From assembly GCA_001938485.1 (NCBI GenBank), contig MQRK01212308.1, positions 59,145 through 110,120 on the forward strand: DNA of 50,976 nucleotides, in the 5' to 3' direction. Position numbers and translations under genes: made by a program. The notes beneath the pieces were generated by a model, which saw only the letters and a list, made by a program, of their open reading frames with translations, did not search any database and was not told where the DNA came from. The DNA is from Girardia tigrina. Lineage: Eukaryota. Every line of letters begins with the position of its first letter. Position 1 is the first letter of the stretch. Below, piece after piece: positions 1-12,296 of this stretch.

Positions 1-42
<42 letters not shown>
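1..42. repeat. (AT)n microsatellite at the window start
   Basis: Pure AT dinucleotide run. Confidence 0.95.
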
Positions 43-45
<3 letters not shown>

Positions 46-1005
46 AATATATATATTAAAAAAATTGGAATTTAGAAACTCAATCAATTTTCTTCAAACT
101 TTGCACACTTTCTCATTTTCGTTGACAATAAATGATTATGTAAAAAATCTGATCAAAAAAATTTTTTAATATCTAAATGGGAAAAACGGCTAAATCGGAG
201 TTCCTGAACAATATTAGTAAAAAAGATCTACTTATAAATTATAAGAAGGGTGACCATAAGTCAATAAAGTCAAAGTTATTTTATTATTATACACAAATCA
301 GTTATTTTTTTAAGCGCAAGCACATTGTGAAGGAAGTTATTAGGTCAAAATAAGGTCTAAATTTGACGTTCGGTCAAAATATTGAAAAATGCTTATTGTT
401 GATTATTTACCGTAATAAATACACGATAAAAATTAAAAAAGCGAGAAATTTTTTTAATAAGTTCTATTTCATTGAAATAAAATTCTCTCTTTTTTTAATT
501 TTTATTGTATATTTATTTATAACCATTTATATTTTTTGTTCTACAATTTTTAATAGAACCTGTTTTCGAATTGCAAAATTAAAGATACATCTAAATTGCG
601 TAAACTAAAAGTCAAATTTCCCTTGGAATTTACTGACACTCCGAATAAGCAATTATAATGTAAATGTAATGTTAAATTTGATAAACGTTTTCATGTTGAG
701 AGTCATAGAATTTCTGCTCGGCATTAGGATTATGGTCAACGCAAACGTTTATAACCACAAGTACTTTCGTAACAGACGTAACAATGGTGTTTACAGCTAT
801 TGATATACCGTTAAAAAACTTCGTCATCCATCAAGTCATTGTTTTTCAAAATGGGAAAAGAATGTCCCAGCGAATCTGCATGCAGAGCCAAGGTGGAGAG
901 CATTAGTTTGGACGAAAAACATGCTGTGAAAAACTAATTAAAAAGCAAATATTCGTGATCGTGGATGAAATTGAGATTCATAATAAGATTCATTTGTACC
1001 GATTA

Positions 1006-1848
1006 GTTTAATTTAATTTAATCGCACCGCTTAGGTGGAGTTAAATCAAATGCAGGGCATCGACATTTTCATGTAGATGTCTTGATAACCGACTAATGGC
1101 TTGCGCCTCTGCCTTCTCTTCGTCACGGCGAAGAGTTACAGTCTCTTACAGGGTGCAACTAGGGGTTTTTGACTGCATGTTTGTTAAGCAGTGCCGTCTC
1201 TGATTATTTCTGGATATTTGGATATATAAAGGTATCGGCTATAATGCTTGGCGCATATTTCAATGTTTCACTTTGCTACTCTTGTGGGGTATGTTTTGAC
1301 TTCATCGTCATTCCATCCAATACCGTGAAGTAGGGAGGTGTTGTCCGGGTACCATCTTCCGATGACAAAGGGAAAAAATCTTTAAAAATCTTAACTTCAT
1401 TTTTGTGGAAACGTTCTATGAGGTCAATTTGAACATCGAGGTAATGGTCGCAGGCTCTTGTGTAGGCGTCTTTGAATTGTCTGTCTGCGTCACAAGGGCT
1501 TTTTACTTAGATTATCCATGCATTGGGTCCAAGGTCGACATAAATGTCCATAATCTTCCATGTTTTGTCTCGGAAAGTGTGTGATTTTTCGGTGCCTTTA
1601 CCGAGTTTTTGCGAAGGAATTTAGCCAGTTCATCCTTGATCTTGTCGTGTTTGGACCTGGCGAAATCCAAGGAGTAGTTGCAATGTTTGATGGTGTGGCT
1701 GGGAGTTTCTAGTTCTAGTCCACATTTTCTACATAGGTTTGTCATTTCAGGTCGGAAAATGTGATTGCGGTAGTTATATGAGAGGAGGCCTAGTCGGGCT
1801 TTGTGGATGAAGTACCAGCCTTCGAAGGTGATCCATCCTCTCATGATT
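1006..1848 (-). mobile_element. 3' fragment of an RLE-type non-LTR retrotransposon (R2/NeSL-like), inside PWP2 intron 9
   Basis: ORF 1512-1844 has FIHKARL, a CCHC knuckle (CRKC..ETPSHTIKHC) and KHDKI (RHD-like). After a frameshift it reads D-IYVDLG..WII*VKSP (PD..D/ExK endonuclease). The 3' end has short TAAAT repeats near 1006-1021. Confidence 0.8.
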
Positions 1849-2163
1849 GACTTTTTTCTTTTTTTCTCTTTTTTTCTATCTTAAAGGTGTTAAGATAAGG
1901 TAATTTGTATTAACTCTGTTTAATATTAAATATATATTTTAGATCAATTTTAAGGTCACCCTGATTATAAGTAGTTTATATTATGCAAAAAAGTAAAGAT
2001 AAAAAAACTTAAATGTAATAGTAATTTTACCTTGTACAAAAGATAACAAAAAATTCTTTTGTTCAAAAAAATTCTCTTGTTATTTTTGTACCAGTCTTAA
2101 AAAAAGATCGAAAAACTTTCTAGGAATTTCTTGCGGTATTTTTGATTGCAATGTAAAATTTAC

Positions 2164-5100
2164 TTCTCTTCTGAGGCTCTTTTCGTGCTTACCAGTTCTC
2201 CTTCGTGTTTCGACAACCCTAAATCATGCTTTCCTTCAATCTCTTTCAACTGGTCTCCTGAAACGGTGTCAAATACCACAATTGATCCATTCAACATCGA
2301 TGCTGCTATTTCTACTCCGTCAGGTCGAAATGCTACTGCCAAAACTAAATCAAACGGCAACGAGATTGTATTTCAGTCACATGGATAAATAATCACAAAC
2401 CATCTGATGCCGTGTGAATCAGTTCCGAACTGTCACCACCGGACAATTGCCACACGCGTATCGTCTTATCCCAACTACCCGAAACCAAGTGAGTACCGCC
2501 TGCAACAGATGAAAATTGAACAGAACAAACCGGTTGTTCGTGACCAGACAAAGTGTAACAAAGTCGTCTGGTTTTCAATTCCCAAACGAGTACCGAAAAA
2601 CAATCCGAACCACCACCGGCTGCGACTAACTGACCAATATAATCACAACTAACACATGTGAATTGATGCGACCGCGTCTCGGCTGAGAGAGCGCAGAAAT
2701 TCTTCAATTTCGATATATCATATCCTCTGACAGTTCCATCGAGAGAACTCGAGAAAAATATTTGGCATTTTTTAGCGGGGAAAGCAATACCGGTGACGGG
2801 ACCACTGTGACTGTTGAATGTAGCACAACAACGACCGTTCGACAATTGCCACAATTTGACACTATTGTCATGACCCCCGGTCACTAATTGAGTTCCGTTT
2901 GGACTGTATTCCAAGCAATTGATAGTCGATCTCATGTGGCCTTTCGACTGGAAAATGTAACTTTGAGATTTCCAACAGAAAATGTTCAGTTCATTGTGAT
3001 CTCTACTACCGATTGCGATCCAAGAAGCGGTGTTATTAAAAGAGACGGTATTGATTTCTCCGGAGCTCACACATAGATAATACAATGGATTAAAATCTGG
3101 CATATCATGCACCAAAATTCTTCCATCGACAAAACCAGTGACGAGTAAATTTGCTTGACGATGAAAATCGGCGGCACTAACATCGACTTCAATGTTTTTA
3201 TAAGCCGAAACGTCGTTGTAGCGAAAGCTGGAAGAAGAAATATCGATTTGGTAAATGATTTTAAAAATAGTAAAATTAAATTCACAATTTCGGTTTTAGA
3301 TATGTAACGACATTTTTTTCTTTTCGGGTTTTTGAGGCTTAGAAAAATATCATTTTAAATAAGTCGTTAGTATGAATGAAATAAATAATTACCTTCGAAT
3401 TCTTCTTGTATTTCATCAGGACTTAGAAAATCGAGTGATTTATTACAGACCCAATAGCATAATTTTGCACTTTTACCAACACTTAACACATTTAAACTAT
3501 CTTTCATAAAAGAGGTTTTTATAACGGCCCCAATATCAAAAGATAGAGTGTATACAACTAGTTTGCTTGTTTTAAAAGCCGAATAAACCATTGTGTTCCC
3601 ATCATCACAGCCGATAACAAATGCTCTGATTTAACGACAGTATATTAAAATATACTTAGAAAACGGAATACAAACTTGGATGAGCTCGACCAATCAATTG
3701 ATGTTATGTTACCTTTAGCACCGTAATAAGTGCGTTGTTGACGCAATTGCCTATAAGGCTTATCTAGTTCTGGTGTGTAAAAAACAGTCACTAAGTTACT
3801 TCTTCCAACTGCAAACATTCTGCGAATTTAGTTAGTTATTTTAGTACCTTAAAAGTTTTGACAAATTATAATTATAGACCAAGGTGAGTGTTGTCATGTT
3901 TAGGAATTAAGACATTATCTTAGAATAAATTTAGATCGATTTAAAAATTTAAAATAAATTTTAGCGAATTAATTATGAAAAGAAAATGTAAAAAAATTTT
4001 GAATATGAATAAAATTGACAAAGAACTTTTAAATTGAATAACTTATGTTTCATAATTAAGGTATTTGATTTGAAAAATATTTGATTTAATTACATTGAAT
4101 TAACCTAAATAAAAGTTCGTTTTTTTGTTAGACTGACGTTCTTTTTACATTACCTTCATTTAAGTTTTTAAGTATACGTATTATCTTAGGTTTTATTTGG
4201 AAGATGTGTCTGTTTTTCTTTATTTTGAAATGCAATGTATTTTTCTAATTTCTCAAAATCGAAAAATTAATAAATTTTAATTTCTTGGATTTTATTCATT
4301 TAAATAATATTTCTATTTATAAATTATCCATCAAGGTTTATTATTAAACTAAGTAATTTTTATGGATGTGATTCATCATTTACCCTTTGTTGACCGCTGA
4401 TACTTACCAGTATCACAAATAATTTGACTATATTAACCGCTTAATTATTTGATTCTAATTTTATTATTATTTTTTTATTATTTATTATTTTTTTGAATAT
4501 GAACTTTTGAAAAAAACGTATAGAAAATTCAAATTTAATTTTTGAGTTAAATAAGAATTAAAATTTTTTATATATTTATCGTAATATTCTCTTTATAAGG
4601 GGGTAGTTTAAATTTAAGTTTCGTCAAAATATTTTATTATTTTTTAATTTGAAAATTTAAAAGAAATAAATTAAAAAACTAAAATGTAGAGTAAAAATAT
4701 GAAAAAAATAAATACTTATTTAAAATATGCTTACAGTAATAACAATTGATATATTTTAATAAAATTTATGAAATAAGTTTTAAAATAAATAATAACGGAT
4801 TAATATTTTAAGAAATAATTTTTTAATAAAAGGGTTTATTGTAAATTTAAATTAATTAGTTTTTATGATATAGTGTCGTAAAATGTTTGAATTAATTTAA
4901 AGTTTAAATTTCGTAAATTTTCAAAATTTAATCGAAAAATTTAATGAATTAATTTTGTGCGAAATAATTGAATTATTAAGAAATTTGTTTAAATATGTGA
5001 ATTGTTTATATTAATAAATTTTGTGGTGTTAAATTATGACTTCGGAATTTGATAATAATGAAAGTGGCATAAACGCTACTTACACTCTTGTCAATAAATT

Positions 5101-7115
5101 CTAAACCAATAAATCGTCACTATACATGGTTATCAATGTGTATGCAATTTTCATGTATGTGATGCTCAACTAACTCTTAGTTGACCGTCGATAGTTTCCT
5201 GTACGACAAATAATTTTCGCTTAATTATTTGATTCGAATTTTCCATATTATACTTTCTTTCTTTAAATATGAACCTTTGAAAATAAATGTATAGAAAATT
5301 TTAATTTAATAGTTTGATTAGTGAGGCGAATTAAATATTTATCCAATATGGTGTTGCTCTCAGAAAGATGGGTTGTGCATTGATGTGTGATACTTTAAAT
5401 GTGATGCTACTGGCAGTGACGGAGTGTGCTTAATGTAGTTCCCTTTATAATAGTGACTGTGTGATGTCGGTGAGCTGTACATGTGGTGTGTACATTGAGA
5501 CAACACACAATCCAATGTTTAAATCGATTGTCATGTTCTATATGATCAATTACAAGGTTGATATTAATATAAAGCTTGAAATTATTATACTCCCTCTGCT
5601 CAGAAATAATGTATACATTTGGGATAAATCTTTCCGATTATCAGGATAGATAATGATCTAGCACGTCAGAACCAACAACAATTTTCATGGTTACAGGTCG
5701 CATTTTTTAACAACATTTATATCATGCTTTCCTTTCCTCGTTTTAGCACTTCATAAAAGAATCTAGTTGTGATTCTTATTTTTGAATGGTGTTATTGTGT
5801 GTTGTTTGGTATGTTGTTTTAGGATTGTGTTTCTCCCACCTAGATGGAAGATTGATATTTTAAATATTTTAAAACGTCGGGTTGTTTAATCAATTATTAA
5901 AATTTAAATAATCACTTTAAAAATAAACTAATATTTCATTAATAATATTTAATAACATTTTCTTAAAATAAATAAAAATTATTTTAAAATTAAAGTATAA
6001 ATTATTTTTGTAATAATTAAATTGTAATTTAAATTTGTTTGAATAATAAGACGTTAAAGAATATTATTAAAGATTATCAATAAAGAAGGATGACGAGTTA
6101 CACAGGTTTTACGGAGAATTGTTCTAGTGGAAATTCAAATTGTGATATTAATAAATGTAAAGGAAACCCAAATTAATGTTCTTATTATTAGTAAAGAAAA
6201 TTGCAGCACTTAACACAAATTAGAAATGTAAACATTATTTAGGAACAGAGAAAGTATTTTTTATTAATAGGCCCGTTTAAATTAGTGATAAAAGATTGAT
6301 GAATGATAAAAGCCGTGACAGAGTTATATCCGGAAAGAAATATTCTTTTTAAATTTCTTTGTTTTGAAACTGTTTACAAGTGAATCAGTGAACTCAAAGC
6401 AAAGCAAAATTTTCTATTCTAGAATGAACCAATTAATGTTTCTTAAACCTCAAAATTCTCTATATTTTATCGTTAAATTCTCTAACTTGCCTCTAAATTC
6501 CAAACAAATAAATTGTCCTTATTCTACCAAATCGACGACAACACTCAAAAACACTCGGGTCATAAATATAATTTATCCAATCGATTTGTTGTCCGTCAAA
6601 AAACGTATTTACTTTCCATTGGGACTAAAAGAAACGCTGTGAACCTTCTGATTGAAATTGTGAGTATTGATTTCATTGCCGGTGATCGTCGATATAATGT
6701 GCATAAAACCCTCTGTCCCAGGAGAACGAAAGAGAAAAAAACAAAAAAATTATCAAAATAGATGGAATAAAAAAACCTTCGTTAATGCACAACATAATCG
6801 GATCGATCGGCGATAAAGCGACAAAATCGATATTATAAGAGCTGTCTACATCGATTGTTTCAATTTCATCCCTGCAATTCGTAATAATCAATAATAAATC
6901 GGCATGATCGATTAGAATCTTTTACCGATTGATATGTAAAACGGAAATATTATTTCCAATCGGGCTGAAAAGAGTTTTTCCGTCGGGTGTGAAACAAATT
7001 TGGCCGTTTTGATAACTGGCGCCGATTGTTGCAGAAAACTATCGGTCAAAAATCTCTTTCAACAACAAAAAAATACAAAAAACAACAAACAATTTACCTG
7101 ATAATTATACTTCAT
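2164..7115 (-). CDS. PWP2: Periodic tryptophan protein 2 (WD40, SSU processome UTP-B), exons 1-9; gene continues past the window's left edge
   Basis: Hand-spliced with GT-AG introns and consistent phases. Exons: 7115-7098, 7038-6926, 6871-6777, 6712-6613, 3819-3676, 3625-3393, 3337-3286, 3227-2401, 2344-2164 (587 codons, no stop). Translation MKYNYQFSATIGASYQNGQICFTPDGKTLFSPIGN..HSVSFSPNGK..LLVTGF..YSPNGTQLVTGG..SSLDGTVR..SGSWDKTIR..AFRPDG..IEGKHDL follows PWP2 colinearly. Introns are 50-64 nt except intron 4 (2793 nt). Confidence 0.93.
4386..5343. repeat. Two diverged direct copies (~170-180 bp) of a dispersed repeat in PWP2 intron 4 (about 4386-4570 and 5177-5343)
   Basis: Shared gttgaccg..gata..cacaaataattt..cgcttaattatttgattc..aatatgaac.tttgaaaa..gtatagaaaatt..aatttaat. 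Confidence 0.7.
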
Positions 7116-7514
7116 TCTTTTTGCTTTAAATTAGTATTATTTAAACAAACTTGTTTTTTATTCAAATTCTTCTTTCAATTTTAATAATGATTTAAATAGT
7201 GATGATAAAAAATGCATATATTTATCTATTTTTTCTCTATCTTATTTTTTGGAAGGTTACGAATTTTTTTATCAACATAATATTTTTTAGTAAAATATTT
7301 GTAACATTTCTTTTGAGAAAAAAATTTTTTCTAATTGAAAATTAATTATTTTTTCTAAAGTATATATTTTTTGGAAATCCGAAAAAAACGAAAAATGCTT
7401 TTTATTTGATTAAATATTTAAATTTTAAAAATCAATAGAAGAAAAAAATTATTAATTACTGTGTCACAATTGATTTTATCAGCACTACACAACTATACTT
7501 AGAAACTTATCAAT
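7116..7514. promoter_or_regulatory. Putative bidirectional promoter between PWP2 and the otopetrin-like gene
   Basis: The divergent ATGs are 400 bp apart. The region is TE-free and rich in poly(T)/poly(A) tracts. No TSS evidence. Confidence 0.5.
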
Positions 7515-8939
7515 ATGAGTGAAATTGAAATTGATGTAAGAAGAACAGAAAATGAAAGAGAAAAAATCTTTAGAGATGATTTGAAAAATACGAGCCTTAA
7601 ATTCATATGTGTTTTATATTTTATTGTTGGTGTAACAGCATCTTTTACCACCATCAGTAGAAAATTAGATCACACAGAAAAAGGTTTCTGTTTTTTTGCG
7701 TTTTTCATGTCGATAGTAATTATTGGTCAAATGCTTAGCATTATATGGATAATTTGTAACAGATATTCTCAAATCAATTTTTCCGGACGAATTGTAAGCA
7801 TTAAAAAACATATATTACTTTATTTCGTTATAGTACCCCTTATGGTAATCGTTCTAATTTATTTAATCTTACAAATAATTCAAGAATATCAAAAATCAAA
7901 TACATTAATGATTGCTTTTACGATTTCTCAAATTATTTTCCTTTTATCAGTAATCATATTAATGATTGATCATGGAACGGAACAAGAAACAAGTAGCCGA
8001 ATGCAGACTGATTTCGTTCATAAAACTTCGCTATTAATTACTGTGATTGGTGTTTTCATTTCCTTTTTATTTTACATAACACGCCAGGAGCTAAATGTAT
8101 ATTTTATGGTTCATCAAAATAGTACAACTCCAATGAATGGAACAATTGAAAAAGTAGAAAATTTTCTATTTCCAGTTCATATAGCTTTTTTAATCATTAC
8201 TTTCGGTTATTTATTAGGCTTTCTTCAAAAATTTATAAACCCAAATACTGCTGATTTTAATAGATCTATTGAAGAATCTAGCGAACTTCCTTTTAGAATT
8301 TCTTTTTTCTCAATAATTATCGGTGTGATTTTGATTGTTCTACCTTTAGTTAGTCTATCTGTAATACACATAAAAGGACAATTATGTTTTTTATATCATA
8401 CTTTTACTTGTATCGTCTACTGTTTTGGAATGTTACTTTCTGTTATACAAATTTTGGAAATCAAAAAATGGAAAGAAAAACGTGTCAATGAAACTTTTAT
8501 TGTTGATAAATTTTTGATGGGAATCGGTTGTTTCGGGCAAATTGTGTTTGCCATTGTAAATATTTCTAGAGTGTGTCAATTTTTTACAAATGACCCTAGT
8601 GTTTATGCAATGCTTGCAGTTAGTTCTGTATTTCTTTTAATTCAAATTGCTTTACAAAATATTGTTATGCATTTAACATTTACTTGGAGACTTAAAAAAC
8701 CCGTATCAAGATCCGTGGCAGATATATGTTGTCCATCAGTCGGATTACTATGTCTTAATCTTGGCTGTTTTTTCCTATCGTTCGATCAACCCTGTGTACC
8801 AATAAACGAATTCGCTGAACCTTTGGCAGTTAACCTATTCCATAAAGGATTATCTATCATTTCTATGTGTTTTGCTCTTATACATCGACTTCATGGAATA
8901 GTTTTTTTTGTTTTACTGTTAGTTAAGCTTCACAATTAA
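7515..8939 (+). CDS. Divergent otopetrin-family (proton-channel-like) 12-TM protein, intronless, 474 aa
   Basis: About 12 hydrophobic segments in two 6-TM halves. Motifs FLFP (TM6, cf. YLYP/FLFP), VDKFLMGIGCFG (cf. LDxxLLxxxxxG), IQIALQNIV (cf. QxxLQxxFI), LLCLNLG (cf. LLxxNxxxW) and IHRLHG (cf. FYRxHS). N-glycosylation sequons lie in the TM5-6 loop. AATAAA at 8992. Confidence 0.8.
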   Translation: MSEIEIDVRRTENEREKIFRDDLKNTSLKFICVLYFIVGVTASFTTISRKLDHTEKGFCFFAFFMSIVIIGQMLSIIWIICNRYSQINFSGRIVSIKKHILLYFVIVPLMVIVLIYLILQIIQEYQKSNTLMIAFTISQIIFLLSVIILMIDHGTEQETSSRMQTDFVHKTSLLITVIGVFISFLFYITRQELNVYFMVHQNSTTPMNGTIEKVENFLFPVHIAFLIITFGYLLGFLQKFINPNTADFNRSIEESSELPFRISFFSIIIGVILIVLPLVSLSVIHIKGQLCFLYHTFTCIVYCFGMLLSVIQILEIKKWKEKRVNETFIVDKFLMGIGCFGQIVFAIVNISRVCQFFTNDPSVYAMLAVSSVFLLIQIALQNIVMHLTFTWRLKKPVSRSVADICCPSVGLLCLNLGCFFLSFDQPCVPINEFAEPLAVNLFHKGLSIISMCFALIHRLHGIVFFVLLLVKLHN

Positions 8940-10007
8940 TTTTTAAGAAATGTTTTGTTTTATTTTATTGATTTTTGTTTGTTTTAATTTAAATAAAAAT
9001 TCAAAAACATTTGTATTAATAGAAACCGAAATTAGTCAAACTTAAATAAACAAATCGGGAAAGCTAAACGAATATTGCATTTTTTCGTAAATCAATGTTG
9101 TGCGAATATAAACAATATTCATGACATTGAACATGATTACTTGTCACTTTTATTATATTTATTTAAATCGATTAATAATTTCAATAAAATCAGACAGACT
9201 TTTCTGTTGAAATTGTATTAAGTTAAAATATTCACACACAAATAAGACAGTTTAATTAAATTCTCTTAAAAAATTTTGAAATAAACAATTATCTTCTATT
9301 GTATTTTGAAAATATAATAAACATAACATAAAACCGTATTAATATTGAAAATTATTTTTGTTTGTATTTAAAAATTCAATATTTTAAAAGAAAAACTATA
9401 AATTTTTTCAATTGTAAAATAGTTTAATGAAGAAGAATCTACCAAAATCAATGAGTCAGTTTATGTTCATATCTGAATAAACTTGCTTATTTTCAGTTGT
9501 AAATCAAGGCCGATTGTTATTTATTACTTTTCAAAAGTATTTTTTAAAGAAATATTTTTTAAATGAAAATTGTTCATTTTTTAATTTGAAAAAAATAGTG
9601 AAAATGTTAAGTAAATTTTATCATGCATTTAACGACAGTATTTGCCATCACTTTTGTTGATGAGATAAATTATTCTTTTCAAAGATTATTTGGAGAGATT
9701 ATCAATGATCTCTAAATAATTGTTGAGATGATAGTTGGTGCTTCAGTTTCTCTAACTTTTTCTTTTCATACAACATCGCTTATTAAATATTTTAACCTAA
9801 AATCGAATCTTGATTTAATATTGGAAAAATACATTTGTGCACTAAAGCGTTTAAAATTAAAGTTATCTGAGTTTTGTGAGAATATGTTCATGGCGTATAA
9901 TCGGATAATGTTTTTGACAACAAGGAAAAATATTTTGAAATTTTTCAATAATTCGTATTAATTCTTTTAGCAAATTCTCTATATCAGCAATAAAAAGTGT
10001 TACATGT

Positions 10008-10316
10008 TGTGAGAAGTGGTTGCAACCTCAATATCATGATTCATTTTTTTAACACCAAAAATTTATTTTTAAATAGATATTTTATTTTTATGATTTTCTT
10101 TTATTATATAATTTTTAATTTTTTTAAAATATTTAAAAACACTTTAAAAAATATTTTATTTTTAAAAAACGTTTTTGATTTTTAATAGTTGTTTTATTAT
10201 ATCATTTTTAATTTTAAAATATTGAATTAGCATATTAACAGAAAAATATTTTACCCTTTAAATTAAAAAATAATAAATTATTCAGGCGAGATAAAAATTT
10301 AAATTAAGTCCTCATA
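10008..10316 (-). repeat. 3' LTR of the Gypsy element (TATGAGG...TCTCACA), internally shortened
   Basis: Adjacent to the PPT. Both ends are homologous to the solo LTR at 28671-29235. Confidence 0.85.
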
Positions 10317-11475
10317 TTCCCCTTCTTTAAGAATTTACTCAATTTTTCCACGTTTCGATCTAAAATTCTTCCATCTTCATTTATAAGTTTATACCTTCTA
10401 TCGTGTGTTTTCTCTAACACTTTATACGGTCCTTCATATTTATCTTTACTCTTTATCCCCGTTTCCACCTTGACTAGTACTTCATCTCCAATTTCGAAAT
10501 TTCTTCTGGTTGCTGTGTCTTCTTTTTCTTGCTGTACCTTTATGTCTTGACTATGCCATCTTTCTCTGTATATTTTCTTACTGAATATAATTTCTACTGG
10601 CCTCTTCCCTATTGTTTTCTGAAAAGTTGCGTTTAATGTGAATTCTATTTCCGGTAGTAGTTCCTCCCAGTCTGATCCTTTCTTTGTATGTAACGATGCG
10701 TTTAAATATTCTCTAATCATCCGAAATTGTCTTTCTACTATTCCATTCATGTTATTATGGTACGGACTCGAGTAACACATTTTTATATTCATTGATTCTG
10801 CCATGTCTTTGATTACCTTCGATTCGAATGTCTTCCCACAATCTGTATGTATTTCCTTCGGCGCTCCAAATCTCAAGATCCATTTGGTCATTATGATGTC
10901 TTTTATGGTTATTTCATCCTGCTTGCTAATGGCTGTCAAAGATATGTAACTACTAAACTGATCTATGATTGCAACAATAAACTTTTTTCTTCTCCAAGTT
11001 TCCTTTAGTGGCCCGCATATGTCTATGTACACTTTCTCAAATGGTTCATTTGCAACCAATGTCACCCGTTTTTTCTTCATAGCGGTCGTTAATGTTTTAC
11101 TTTTTTGGCATGCTTCACATTGTCCAATTACTTCTTTTATTATTTCATTCCGATTGATCATGTCATAATTTTCAGAGATGTATTTCGTTACTTTCTCTGC
11201 ACCCGCNNNNNNNNNNNNNNNNNNNNNNNNNNNNNNNNNNNNNNNNNNTTTTTGACTTTGGTATCCAAATCTTCCCCATGTTTGTTCTTATTATGCTGTC
11301 TTCAATCGTAAGCTTTCTGTCTTTACCTGAACTTGGGTCTCTTTTAATTTCTTCTATTTCTTCTTGTTGATATTTGAATATCTGCGATGTGTCCAGCACG
11401 ATGATTCTTCGAGTCTTTATCTTCATCATTTTAGCATCTTCATGAGCCATCAAGCATTGTGTACATGTATCACAT

Positions 11476-12167
11476 GGTACGCCGACTTTACCGCGGCGAC
11501 TTTACCGCGGGCGACTTTACCGCAGGTGACTTTACAGCGGGCGACTTTACCGCGGAAAATTTACAACAAAATTGTCAATAAGTGAACAATATCATCTAAA
11601 ATATGAATAAAAATTTTTAATTATGTTATGATAAAACAATGAATTATACACGGGTTTAATTTGAAAACATAAATGGATAGAAAATTTCAGATCGACATTT
11701 AATTATTTTTTTTAATATAAAAAATAAACAAAGAACATACGAAAAATTAGTAAATTCCTAATTTAAAAAAAATTCAAATTACATTCTAGAACAAATGAAT
11801 AACACACAAAAAACTGTGATGTGTAAATAGAAGAAAGATACAAAAATATTAAACTGATATATTAAAATAATGGAATAATAAATATATACTCGTACTTTAA
11901 TCCAAAAAGTCTAAATTATGAGCAACGCCTCTAAGATAATCCAATATTGGTAAATTAATGTATTGCTCAACGCCACGTTCAATCCTCTCACTTACTTTGG
12001 CATAATTTTGCGATGAGAATTGTGGGAATTCTTCAATTCTAAAGAGAATTCCAATGCGCCGCAAAATTAGTTCCACAAAATCTTGATCAGTACGAAATCG
12101 ATTTATCACAAAATCGATTTATACGAAATCGCCGCGGTAAAGTCGCCCGCGGTAAAGTCGCCTCACC
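11476..12167 (-). mobile_element. Non-autonomous MULE deletion derivative nested in Gypsy pol
   Basis: 9-bp TSD GTATCACAT on both sides. Inverted arrays of 15-bp GCGACTTTACCGCGG subterminal repeats. Retains the transposase C-terminus (LDYLRGVAHN). Removing it restores Gypsy QNTCDTCTQC. Confidence 0.88.
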
Positions 12168-12296
12168 GTATCACATGTATTCTGAGACAACATATCCGCG
12201 ATGGAATGATCTGTTCCTTTTCTGTATTCTAAGTGTATGCCAAGACTTGATAAATAATTAATCCATGTCTGAAATTGCGCCGTTATCGGTTTTTTT

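Noticed and set aside
363-608. Short AT-rich ORFs such as this one and those at 9728-10185
   Set aside because: Low-complexity F/I/K/N composition with non-ATG or arbitrary starts; likely spurious.
690-935. Candidate next PWP2 exon
   Set aside because: No frame resembles the expected continuation (F..LCYS.DG); stops in the frames examined.
3848-3897. Alternative PWP2 first exon (MTTLTLVY..) with a 28-nt intron
   Set aside because: No PWP2 similarity; the true N-terminal exons at 6613-7115 splice in phase to 3819.
5350-5860. Possible LINE AP-endonuclease relic in PWP2 intron 4
   Set aside because: Only weak motif resemblance across several frames; not supportable.
11477-11556. Regular repeats resembling a CRISPR array (also 22984-23100 and 37905-38010)
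   Set aside because: Head-to-tail 14-15-bp units without unique spacers; they are MULE subterminal repeats in a eukaryotic context.
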